Source: the human T2T-CHM13v2.0 reference genome, Homo sapiens. Taken from it: a stretch of DNA of 64,000 nt. The DNA lies in the NCBI RefSeq assembly GCF_009914755.1, contig NC_060926.1; one strand, 5' to 3'. Every line of letters starts with the position of its first letter. The stretch's first letter is position 1. Below, piece by piece: positions 1-11,961 of this stretch. Under the pieces are notes generated by a model. That model made no database searches. It worked only from the letters and a program-made list of their open reading frames with translations, and had not been told where the DNA came from. A program made the translations under genes and the position numbers.

Positions 1-227
1 CACCTGAGGTCAGGAGTTCGAGACCAGCCCAGCCAATATGGTGAAACCCCTACTCTACTGAAAATACAAAAATTAGCCAGGTGTGGTGGTGCATGCCTGT
101 AATCCCAGCTACTCAGGAGGCTGAATCAGGAGAATTGCTTGAACCCGGGAGGTAGAGATTGCAGGGAGACACAATCATGCCACTGCACTCCAGCCTGGGC
201 AACAGCGTGAGACTCCATCTCAGAAAA
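1..227 (+). mobile_element. AluS element, cut off by the window start
   Basis: CACCTGAGGTCAGGAGTTCGAGACCAG, A-rich linker, right monomer ending GAGACTCCATCTCAGAAAA. Confidence 0.95.
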
Positions 228-2159
228 GGAATTGCTGTTTGTCTATAGGAACTCTTTCTTATCAGTGCATATAAATGCAAGTAAATGGTTAAAGAGATTA
301 ATAACACATGGGTTGAGTGTGCCACACTATCTGGTTGACTAAAAGCCAACTTTTAAAGGAGAGCTATGGCTTTTTCCTACATTTGTGATAAGAATTTCCC
401 GATCTTAGAACCACGATTCTACTGCTTAGTTTACAGAGTAGAATGCAACATTTTTGGCTCTTAAACAAATCTGGAAGGCAAACAGCAAAATGTGGTGAGC
501 TAAGCATGTTTTCTCTCACCTCTACCTTCTCTACTAAGCAAAATAAGTTAATGAGTCAACTCATCTCTAGGCGGCATGTTATGTGCCAATTGCTGAAATC
601 AAATGAGAAGCTCTTTCTAGTGCAGAACCCAGAGCTCATGTGAAAGTGTCAGATTTGATAAAGTAGATTTGTTCTAGAAGAAAACACTCCCTTTCTATTT
701 TCTAGTATACATCTGTTTGCCAGAGTGCATTTCCCAGCTAATACCAGTTTGTCGACAGAATTTGCAATGAACTTTAATTGTGTGCTTTACCTGACAGTCT
801 TAATTGTAATCTGACTTCCTTCAGGTAGCAATCAGCTGAGTGAAGTAATCATATCTCCCTGAAGGCCATAAACACAGCCACCTGCGCCTCTTCTGTTTTG
901 TGTTCCTCTTTTTAACTCCAGTGTCACATGGAGAGGGGATACAGAGCCTGAAAAGGTACAGCACACTCAAAATAGCTGCTATTTTCCCATCATTACAGTG
1001 GTGCATAATTAAACACAGACAGAGTAACTGAGGACAAAAATAACCCTATCATTTTAAAATTGTAATAGTAAAGCTGTTGTATAAGCAGAGATTGCCTTTT
1101 TTAGTAGGGAAGAAATTGGTTCTAATTCATGCTCCTTTCTGCCTTTGTAGGTTTCTCTGGAAGGTCCTCTTGGTATGTGGTTTTCTGCCTGAATATTAGG
1201 AGGCTTCCCTTCATACATCACATCTGGAACCTCCACCCTGTCCCCTATTCTCTATTCCCACTGCTTACTTCCTTGATGCTCATTACCTCTCTCATAGATT
1301 CCTGAAAAGGATCATAGTTGGTCTCCATGTGTGCAATTTATCTCTGTCCAAACTATACCACTTGTGATACTTGAATAATCTTTCTAAAATGAAAATCATT
1401 TCAGGTCACAGATCCAGGCAGAAGCATTCAGTGAGCTGAGTTGCCCAGAAAGATGACACTGTAATTACCAGTTTACAAATTATCACCACTCTCTGCCCAA
1501 AACCCACAGAAATGAACAAAAAAACACAAAGGATCAAGAAAAACTTTGTCAGGGTGAAAACTAATAAATGGACCCAAACTGATACAAATATCAAGGACAA
1601 TAATTCCCATTTTTATAATTAAATGCATATGTAAAATATACACATTTTTAAAAGAGAACACTACCTAATTAGAATCATGAATTCATCTATGTGTATTATA
1701 AATTTTTAAATTAGATATTCATCTACAATTAACAGCATTTTACTGGTTCAATGTAATATAATTGCCTTCACAAGCAATTTACTTAGGCAGTTTCCTTTTT
1801 TCAACATTTGCTTTTTTCCAATGTTCAGAAACAGTAGAGATAACAATGTAGGATTAAAAGTTTTCAAGCATAATCAATTATTTCCTTGAGGGAAAAATTC
1901 CTTAAGGCAAGTAAAAGAATAGGCATATAGTTGAAATCAGTTATATCTTTTCACAAGCTGCTCTCAAGAAAAAAAAAATGCTTCGAGCAATATCAACCAG
2001 TGTGTTAGTTTTCTTAGATTAGGATTGAGGTTAAACATTATTTCATTTGATTATTGGCCATCTCTCTACATATATATTGTGTGTTTATTGTAAATACAAG
2101 TTCTATTTCATGTTTCCTTGGCATGTTCATCTATTTCTTGTTCAACTATTGGAACTATT

Positions 2160-2262
2160 TATATATATAGTTATGTATATACACATAGTTTTATACATAG
2201 TTATATATATAGTTATATATACATATATATACACACATATATACATAATTATATATATGGAA

Positions 2263-2303
<41 letters not shown>

Positions 2304-2320
2304 CTCCTTATATATAAATA
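2160..2320. repeat. Imperfect (TA)n microsatellite
   Basis: Alternating TA runs, pure from about 2267 to 2300; source of the I/Y-rich spurious ORFs. Confidence 0.95.
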
Positions 2321-2409
2321 GTAATCATAATACATTTCTCTAGTCTATTAAGTCTCCCAATCTTATAGACGGCTATCTTAGTTATTTTTCATTTTGGCAA
2401 ACCTACAAT

Positions 2410-4545
2410 GCTTCCTCCACTATCCTTACTTTTACTCAGTGTCCTTACTCCCTAGTTCACGGAAAACCTGAAGCAATTAGAGGAGAACTTTTACAAGTCA
2501 CCATGTGTGGACGTACCAATATCTGCTCTCACACAAGCGGGCTTCTCTGCCCTTACTACAGATGAACTTCCTGCTTTCAGCTAAAATCAATCCTTTCTCT
2601 TCTGCACCAGCTCTTAATTCCTTGAGAACTAATAAAAAAGATCACAGTAACAATTTGTATTTATCTTCCTTGTATAACCAATACTGGATTATTCTGCTAG
2701 TATATAAAAGTTCTCTTTTTATTTTTCCCATCTAAAAAATTGAAAAAAAATACTTGTCTATTGTCTTCATTTCTACCTCCAGCTACCAGTTCATATTTTT
2801 TCTCCCCTTTCCAGCAAAAGTCCTTGAAAAGTTGTCTGTATTTCTATTTTACTGTCTCCAAATCCTGTTCTTTTATTATTTCTTAAACTAAACCCTAGAC
2901 CTTCTTCCTCGCAACTCCACCATTAGTGTTTACATATTAGTAGCATTTGAATTTTTCTTTTGAAACATTTTCAAATAAGATCTCACGTACCACAGTCTTC
3001 CGATTTTCCTCCTTCCATATTGACTCACTCGTTAGTGGGAAAAACTGAGAATCTTTACACTGTTGTGTTGTCATGCCACAAACCTCAATCTTTTTTTTTT
3101 TTTTTTTTTTCTGTAATCCTCCCCTCTCCTCTCTTGTCTGTTAATACTCAGCCTCTCCCTCGGAGAGTTCCTCAGTTGTTTGGCTTTAAATGCTTTGTAA
3201 GAGCCGAACAGAGTCTCAGGATTATATCGGTAGTTCATACTCAGATTTCCAGCAGCCTCATCCATGTGGAGATCTAGCAAGCATCTCAATTGTAACAGGT
3301 CAAAACTTGAGCTTGTGTTATTTCCCCTCAAACTTACTTTTTTCAGTCTTTTCTAGATCTGTTATGGCATTTCAATCATTTGATTTGCTGAGGCCAAAAT
3401 TTTCTTTGTTTCTACCTTTTCTGTTTTAACCCACATCCAATTCATCTAGATCCATCTGGATCAGATGTGGGTTAAGAGAGAAAAGGAGGAAACAGGGGTT
3501 AAATTAGGATCAAATTCACTTGACCCTACCTCAAAATATGTTAAGAACCATACTACTTCTGATAGCCTCCAAATGCTACTACCTATTTTAGGCTGTTATC
3601 ATCTTTAATCTAAAATATCTAACAACTTTATAACTAGTCTCCCTGTTTTTTAATCTTTTATTAATTATTTACAATAGAACAATCAGAATGATCTTATGAA
3701 ACATAAACCCAATCAAGAAACTCTTCTACCAATCCTGGCCAACATGACAAAACCTCGTTTCTACTAAAAATACAAAAATTAGCTGGGCGTGGTGGCGCAT
3801 GCCTGTAGTCCCAGCTACTTGGGAGGCTGAGGCAGGGGAATTGCTTGAACAGGGGCAGCGTGGGGTGGAGGTTGCAGTGAGCTGAGATCTTGCCACTACA
3901 CTCCAGCCTAGGTGTGAGAATGAGTTCCTATCTCAAAAAAAGAAAAAAGAGACTCTCTCCTACTCAAAGCCCAGTGGTTGACCATTTCTTGTAGATTACA
4001 ATCTAGAGACTTTTAAAAGGACTGAAAAGTTTGACACCACCAGACCTATAATAGCTATCTGACTGCATATCCTGCTAGTATTCTACTCATCTACAACCAT
4101 GATGACCTCTTTGCTTGTATTCAGATGTGCCAGATACAATCCTATAACACAACTTTATAATTTGCTGGTCTCTGCCTGGAACCTTCCACCCTATAGATAC
4201 ACATTCCTCACTCTCTCAAATACTACCTTCCCCGTGAAGATTTCCCGACCATGTTTATTAAAATGTCCACTCCAACAAAAATTGCCACTCCAAATGTGGG
4301 TTTCCACCCTACCCTTTCTGCTTTATTTTTCCTCATAGAGTTGTCATTATATAAACTGCTCTATAATTTACTAATTTATTTTGTCATCCATCCAGCTTTC
4401 CAAATTTGACTATAAACTAGATGAGGGCAGGGTTTTTCTCTGATGTATTCACTAATTTATATCCCATGTCTAGAACAATACCTGGAACATAGGAAAGGTT
4501 CAATAAATATCTGTTGAATAAAAAATGGGTGAATGAAATAGATAA
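2410..4545 (+). mobile_element. L2 LINE relic, 3' portion, interrupted by an Alu and a fold-back insertion
   Basis: L2 3' end: AAACTAGATGAGGGCAGGG...TCTAGAACAATACCTGGAACATAGGAAAGGTTCAATAAATATCTGTTGAAT; upstream pyrimidine-rich L2 body; 5' boundary approximate. Confidence 0.75.
3733..3948 (+). mobile_element. 5'-truncated AluS
   Basis: Starts at ATCCTGGCCAACATG, then linker, right monomer and A tail; degenerate flanking repeat AGAAACTCT/AGAGACTCT. Confidence 0.9.
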
Positions 4546-5084
4546 GTTAAAGCCCCTGAATCACAGGTCCCTGAGGTGGACTCTTGAGCCCACCTCAACT
4601 CGCAGACACAGGCCTATTGTTTGAAATTGCAAAAAAAAAAAAAAAAAAAAAAAAAATCACTGATAAGCAGAAGCATTTAGAAGCTACAAGGGAGAAAAAA
4701 TAGATCTTCAAAGACCAACATTAAGATTAACCCCAGTCTCTCTCCCCAGAACCGTAGGTGCCAGTGCTTGAAGGAATAATATCTGAAAAGTGCTAAGAGT
4801 TTAAATTCCTTGATCAGCTAAACTGCTATACGAAAGTATGAAGTGGAAATAAAGACAATGATGACATCAAAACTCTAAAGGAAGAAAAATAATCAAAAAT
4901 ATATATAAATGTTATTATTCCTTTAGGAAATATAATTAGAAAATTTGTCCCCAAAATAGAAGAACTTCACAGACCAAAAATCACAGAAGCAAGTACAAAG
5001 GCAGCTGTAGATTTACCTATACAATAATATTATGTCCAGTTAATTTCTAGCAAATAGTTCATTTCAATTAATAAAGAAATATTA

Positions 5085-5260
5085 TTAGACTCAAGAATGA
5101 AGACTCTGGTATTGTGCCATTTCCTAATTGTGCGACACTTTCCAAGTTACTTAACATCTTAGGTGTTATTTGTCAATAGGTGGATAGTTATATTATTGTT
5201 TCACTGGGCCTGTTGTAGGAACTCAATGAGGTTATACACGCAAACTTTTTAGCATATTCT
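5085..5260 (+). mobile_element. MIR SINE
   Basis: MIR core-like TGTGCGACACTTTCCAAGTTACTTAACATCT...TGTTGTAGGAACTCAATGAGGTTAT. Confidence 0.6.
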
Positions 5261-5679
5261 CAAAATTTAGCTGTTTTAGATCAATAGTATTTTATTGTTA
5301 GAAAACATAGAAGTCTCTTTACTTCATTTCAGAAGCTTACTATAATCCTAATATTCATCTTAGCTACTAAATGAAATAAAAATATATTAATTTCCCATAT
5401 TAATCTAGATGAAATATTGTAGATAAAATAATAGCAAAATCAAATATACAAGTGTGTCATTACCATGCAGGGTGTATTCCAGCAATGCAATGCATGAATG
5501 GATTAACATCAGGAAATCTATTAATATAATTCAGTATATTAGAAGATCAAAGGTGAACAACTATATGATTATCTCCATAGAGTGCTGATAAAATGAAACA
5601 TTCAATCTTGACAAAATCCTCAGTACACTAAGAGGAACTTTCTTATCCTGAAAAGGTTTTCCAACATACCCATACAATC

Positions 5680-5835
5680 TGGATTTAGACTCCCTAAATC
5701 CTGGATTCCACTCTCTGTTAATGCTATGCAACATGTAAGTTGCATATTTATTCAATACCTTGGTTTCCTCATATGAAATGTGGATGCTTTATACTCAGAG
5801 TAGAGTATCATTGGATAGTTACGAATATTAAATAA
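5680..5835 (+). mobile_element. MIR SINE
   Basis: CCTTGGTTTCCTCATATGAAATGTGGAT core-like segment. Confidence 0.55.
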
Positions 5836-6699
5836 AAAATAGTAAGTATTCCCTAAATGATGGCTTAAAAATATAATTGTAAAACATGATTTCCACTTAA
5901 TTAGTGATGAAGGAAATTTAATGTCAATGCCTATTTAATGTTTTATTGAAGGTCCTAGAAAAGGCATTAAAATAAGAAAATAAATGGGAGGTACGAACAC
6001 TGAAAATGAAAATTCGAGACTCAGAAAAGTCCTAAATTGAAGCCAATATAAATATTTACAAAAAAATTTGAAAGAATCAACCAACATACTGTTAGAGCTA
6101 ATATGAGAATATAATATCTGAATACAAAATTAATGTAAAACATTATACAGTTAAATTAGTAATAATTTTAAGAATGTGATTATTAAAATCCATTAACAAA
6201 ATCTATAGGAAGCTATTCATTCCTAGGAACAACATTAACAAGAAGCAAACTAGATATCTGTCAAAAGTGATATAGACATTTATAAAAGACCTAAATAAAG
6301 ACTTCTCATTAGGAAGATACAATATTGTAAATATGTCAATTTCTTCCATACTCATTAGCAAATAAATCCCAGTACATTTCAGAATTTATCTTTTTATGTT
6401 GATTCTACAGCTGATAAAGAAAAGAAAATGCACAACAATAAAGAAGTTTACAGAAAAGAATAATGAGGTAAAACATGACCCAATTCAAACTATGGAGTAA
6501 CTTACAAAAGAAATGAAGATGTGTACCCATAAAGTTCAGATCTAATAGACTTTTACATCTTTAACTTAGTGAAGAAAAGATAGACAATTTAACATGTTTT
6601 GGAGATAATTGGTCATCTTTTTGTGGAAAGCATGCAAGAACCTCATCTACTTGCTTTTCTACCCATCTACCTCCATACTCCATCTCCCAACAGCAATAG

Positions 6700-7017
<318 letters not shown>

Positions 7018-7177
7018 CAATCTTTTAAGATGCAAATCTGACCATTTAGATTTCCTGCTCGAAATCCTCTAATAGCTTCTTACCACACTTAGAACAAAAT
7101 CTGAAATTGTACTTGTATTCTGATTCTGATAGCCTCCTGACTACTATTCTAGACCATGTTTCATCTCCAGCACTCTG

Positions 7178-8068
7178 CCTCTTCGTCATCCATGAGGTTG
7201 AATGTTTTTCCATTTGTTTGTGTCCTCTCTTATTTCCTTGAGGAGTGGTTTGTAGTTCTCCTAGAGGAGGTCCTTCACATTCCTTATTAGCTGTATTCAT
7301 AGGCATTTTATTCTTTTTGTAGCAATTTGAATGAGTTCATTCATGATTTGGCTCTATGCTTGTCTATTGTTGGTGTAAAGGAATGCTTGTGATTTTTGCA
7401 CAATGATTTTGTATCCTGGGACTTTGCTGAAGTTGCTTATCGGTTTAAGCAGCTTTGGGGCTGAGATATAGGGTTTTCTAAATATAAAATCATGTTTTCT
7501 GCAAACAGTGACAATATGACTTGCTCTCTTCCTATCTGAGTACCCTTTATTTCTTTCTCTTGCCTGATTGCCCTGGCCAGAACTACCAATACTATGTTGA
7601 ATAGGAGTGGTGAGAGAGGGCATCCTTGTCTTGTGCTGGTTTTCAAAGGGAATGCTTCCAGCTTTTGCCCATTCAGTATGATATTGGCTGTGGGTTTGTC
7701 ATAAATAGCTCTTATTATTTTGAGATATGTTCCAACAATACCTAGTTTATTGAGAGTTTTTAACATGAAGGGATGTTGAATTTTATCAAAGTCCTTTTCT
7801 GCATCTATTGAGATAATCATGTGGTTTTTGTCTTTGGTTCTGTTTATTTGATAGATTTGCTTATTGATTTGCATATGTTGAACTAGCCTTGCATCTCAAA
7901 GTTGTAGCTGACTTGATCATGGTGGATAAGTTTTTTGATGTGCTGCTGGATTTAGTTTGCCAGTATTCTATTTTTTTTTTTTTTTTTTTTTGCATCAGTA
8001 TTCATCAGGGATATTGGCCTGAAATTTCCTTTTTTGTTGTGTCTTTTCCCAGTTTCGGTCTCAGGTTG
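7178..8068 (-). mobile_element. L1PA ORF2 reverse-transcriptase fragment, antisense; probable inverted 5' part of the adjacent L1
   Basis: ORF 7437-7874 contains [24 protein letters not shown]...[15 protein letters not shown]...[13 protein letters not shown]; the catalytic FADD is mutated to FAEN and the frame is broken. Confidence 0.95.
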
Positions 8069-8475
8069 ACAGCGAATCAACCCAAATGCCCATCAGTGAT
8101 AGAAATGATAAAGAATATGTGGTACATATACACCATGGAATACTATGCTGCCATTAAAATTCATGAGACCATGTCCTTTGCAGGGATACAGATAAATCTG
8201 GAAGCCATCATCCTCAGCAAACTAACACAGGAACAGAAAACCAAACACTGCATGTTCTCACTCATAAATGGGAGTTGAACAAGGAGAACACATGGACACA
8301 GAGTGGGGAACAACACACACCAGGGTCTGTTGGAGGGTGGGAGATGAAGGGTGGTAATTAGAGGTTGGGTCAATAGATGCAGCAAACCACCATGGCACAT
8401 GTATACCTATGTAATAAACCTGCATGTTCTGCACATGTATCCCATGTTTATTTTAGAAAAATTGTTTTAAAAAAT
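8069..8475 (+). mobile_element. L1PA 3' end, L1PA8A-like
   Basis: ORF2 C-terminus (NQPKCPS...WYIYTMEYYAAIK...LEAIILSKLTQEQKTKHCMFSLI); 3'UTR with TTAGAGGTTGGGTCAATAGATGCAGCAAACCACC and terminal GTATCCC..TTTTAGAAAAA. Confidence 0.85.
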
Positions 8476-9027
8476 GCATTATGTTTCTATTTACAAATTA
8501 AACTTTTAAATTTTATTGCTAATCTGATTAAATTTTTTAATAGGACAGCACATGTAAGTCTTTAACTCTTTCAAAATAATATTTTAATTTTCAAGAAAAA
8601 ATGATTTTTTAAAACTTAGTTTAAACAGAATGCTATTGACAAAAGTTGGATTGCAGTATTTATTCAACAAAGGTTTATGAATTTCTGCTGTGTACCAGGC
8701 ACAGGGCTAAGCATAAATGATGTGTTTAGCAAATGATAAACAAACCAAATCTGGTTCCTGCCTTAACTGAACTTTTGGTGAATTGGCAATGATAATGGAT
8801 TTTTTTAAAGATAAAATAGAGTTTTCAAGAAAACTGCAAAATAATAATCTCACTTAAAAACATAAATCCAATTATTCAAAGTAAAATACCAAACAGAATA
8901 ATAAATATAACAAAATAATGCACATTATAACCAATTATGGTTTAATCTAAAATTTTAAAATGTTTAATAACAAGAAAGTATTAATGTACGTATCAGCAGG
9001 GCAAAACAGAGGAATTATCTGATCATC

Positions 9028-9373
9028 TCTATTAGTCCGTTTTCACACTGCTGATAAGGACATACCCGAGACTGGGTAATTTATAAAGAAAAAGAGGTTT
9101 GGTAGTCTCACAGTTCCACGTGGCTGGGGAGTACTCACAATCAGGTACATCTTACATCACAACAGGCAAGAGAGAATGAAAGCCAAGTGAAAGGGGTTTC
9201 CTCTTAAAAAACCATCATATCTCATGAGACCTATTCACTACCACAAAAACAGTATGGGGGAACCACCCTCATGACTCAATGATCTCCCCCAGGGTCCTTC
9301 CCCCAACAGGTGGGAATTATGGGAGCTACAATTCAAGATGAGATTTGGGTGGGGACACAGCCAAACCATATCA
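9028..9373 (-). mobile_element. THE1-family MaLR solo LTR
   Basis: TATTAGTCCGTTTTCACACTGCTGATAAGGACATACCCGAGACTGGG...GGGGACACAGCCAAACCATATCA; interrupts the L1 phrase GATCATCTC|AATAG. Confidence 0.92.
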
Positions 9374-9508
9374 TCTCAATAGAAATAATAGATTTTAATA
9401 AAATTCTCCATTTCTTAGCAAAAAAACTCTTCATTTTTGTTTTATCTCTGTTTATATAAACTAAGAATTGAAGAGCCTATCTTAGCATGATAAAAAAAAT
9501 TATATCAT

Positions 9509-9894
9509 TGATACAGTTTGGCTCTGTGTCCCCACCCAAATCTCATATCCAGTTGTAATTCCCAATGTTGGGAGAGGGACTGGAGTGGAGGTGATGGGAT
9601 CATGGGGTTTGGTTTTCCCTCTTGCTGTTCTCATGACAGTTTGTGAGTTCTCACGGGATATATTTGTTTAAAGGTGTGTAGCACTCCGCTCTTCATTCTT
9701 TCTGTTTCCTGCTGCCATATGAACATGTGCTTGCTTCCTCTTTACCCTGCCATCATTATTGTAAGTTTCCTGATGCCTCCCCAATCATGCTTCCTGTGCA
9801 GCCTGCAGAACTGCGAGACAATTAAACCTCTTTTCTTCATAAATTATGCAGTCTCGGGTCATTCTTTATAGCAGTGTGAGAACTAACTAATATA
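9509..9894 (+). mobile_element. MSTA-type MaLR solo LTR
   Basis: TGATACAGTTTGGCTCTGTGTCCCCACCCAAATCTCAT...ACTAATATA; perfect 5-bp target-site duplication (TSD) ATCAT at 9504-9508 and 9895-9899. Confidence 0.92.
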
Positions 9895-10117
9895 ATCATA
9901 CTAACAAATAATATCATATACAATAGTAAAGTGCTCAGGGAATTCCCATTTAACACAGGAGAACTGATATACCAGGTCCCATAATATGATTTAGTTTTTA
10001 TCTGGAAGTGTAGCTATTGCAACATGATAAAATTTACTTTTCTCCATTGAATGAAAAGAAGAGGCTAATATACAAATATATAGAGATTAGATTATTAACA
10101 AAATATTTAAGAATGCA

Positions 10118-10473
<356 letters not shown>

Positions 10474-11572
10474 TTATAAAAATATAATAGGAGAATATAA
10501 GTTTAAAAAGTCTTTAAATATTTATCAATTCCCCCATTGAATATATTGTTTTCCGATACTTTGTTATTTCCAACAGAAATATCATGAACATATTTGAACA
10601 TATGCAATAGTATATATGTTTATATTTCCATCCTTTTATAACAATCTTTCAAAGTTAGTTTTATTGTATGGATGGCACTTTTGAATAGCATGTGGCTGGA
10701 TTTATTTTATTTTTCTAATATCATTTTATGATAGAATTGATAGCAAATAATTTAGTAACTATCTCTGTGATTATTGTTATCTTAGGGCAATTTATATCAT
10801 ATTATTTTTGTATTCATAACTGTTTATTGTGTCTTTCTTATTTTCTGCCTTTTATTCAATTGGCTATATTTTTGTTTGGTTTTTCCTCTACCTGTTTGAA
10901 AGATATACATATGCTTTCTTCCATTGTTGTAGCTACATTTAAATACTTAACACAAATACTCAAAACAGTGAAAAGCTAATTTATCTTTCTTGCCTCCTTT
11001 GTTTACAAGAACTTTAGAATTCTTTAAGAACATTCTCCCCCAGATTTCACCTTCTCTATAATTGCTTGGTATTTCAGTTATAATAGTTTCTTTACCTTCT
11101 AACTTAGCACTATTATTTACAGTCAATGCTTATGTCAATGCATTCACATTTACTGTTTCTTTCATCTTATTCTTTTTTTGTAATTCAATATACTTCTTTT
11201 TGAAGCACATTTTTAGTAGCTCTTACAGTGAGAACTGCCAGAAGTAAATTCTCCCAATTTTTGCTATGAAATTTCCTTATTTCACCATGACTCTTAATTT
11301 TTATCTTCATTTGAAATGCTAGACAATCAGTTATTTTTCTTCATTATTATAAGGATGTTTTTCCTAGTGTTTTGAACCTGCCATTATTGGTAAAGTATTT
11401 TTTGTAAGTTCATTTACTTTTGCTTTGTAAATAAGTTTTCTTTCAGGAAACATAATTCTTTTTATTTTTAGTATTATGTGATTTTATTATAATTCAACCA
11501 GGTGTGGGTGTTCTATTCACCCTATTTAAGACTTGGAGGATTCAGTCAATCTGAAAAAATCAGACTTTCATG

Positions 11573-11961
11573 TGGAAGGCTCTTGTATCTGTTCGAACCC
11601 TGAGAGCACACACCAATAAACAACACAAGGCTGTGTGGAGCAACATGCTGTTTTAATAAGTGCCTGGGTGCAGGCCGGCTGAGGCCTAAAACGGTGTCAG
11701 CACCAAATGAGGATGGGGCAGAGGTTTTATAGTCTTTTGTAAGCAGAAGTGTCTCAGTCTGATGTAACTGCTACATGGTACCCAGATGGCCTCTCTCTTG
11801 ATCTTCAGGGGGTACACGTCTTCCATCCAGCTCTCTTCCTGCTTCTGCTATCTTGCTGACACACGCTGCTGGTGCAAGTGGCCTTGTGCCTTGGGACTGG
11901 GCCTGAGAAGGTAGGAGTTATTCATTCCCTTAAGCTTTCAGGCCCCAGGGAGAATCTTTCA
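11573..11961 (-). mobile_element. ERVL-class solo LTR, probably LTR18-like
   Basis: TG...CA termini; 5-bp TSD TCATG at 11568-11572 and 11962-11966; minus-strand CTATAAAA and ATTAAA; family name recalled, not verified. Confidence 0.8.

Larger units (their letters stand above)
4610..6630 (+). mobile_element. Very old L1 (L1M-type) ORF1/ORF2 remnants with MIR insertions
   Basis: L1-like phrases such as CCAGCAATGCAATGCATGAATGGATTAACATCAGGAAATCTATTAATATAATTC and GGAAGATACAATATTGTAAATATGTCAATTTCTTCC; strongly A-rich + strand. Confidence 0.55.

Noticed and set aside
113-349. Alu-derived ORFs (also 10209, 22354, 24027, 27096, 48555-48862)
   Set aside because: Typical Alu translations such as LLPRLECSG, with no evidence of exonisation.
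552-558. Isolated AP-1 heptamers and GTAAGT donors across the window
   Set aside because: Expected many times by chance in 64 kb.
791-947. Minus-strand exon-like segment (CCTTTTCAG...CAG|GTAAAG)
   Set aside because: Stops in all frames, short pyrimidine tract and no partner exons identified.
4631-4656. 26-nt poly-A as the tail of a processed pseudogene
   Set aside because: No adjacent poly(A) signal or TSD; it appears to be an expanded A-run inside old L1-like sequence.
7437-7874. Reverse-transcriptase-like ORF as a novel retroelement or functional gene
   Set aside because: Ordinary L1 ORF2 fragment with frameshifts and the catalytic FADD mutated to FAEN.
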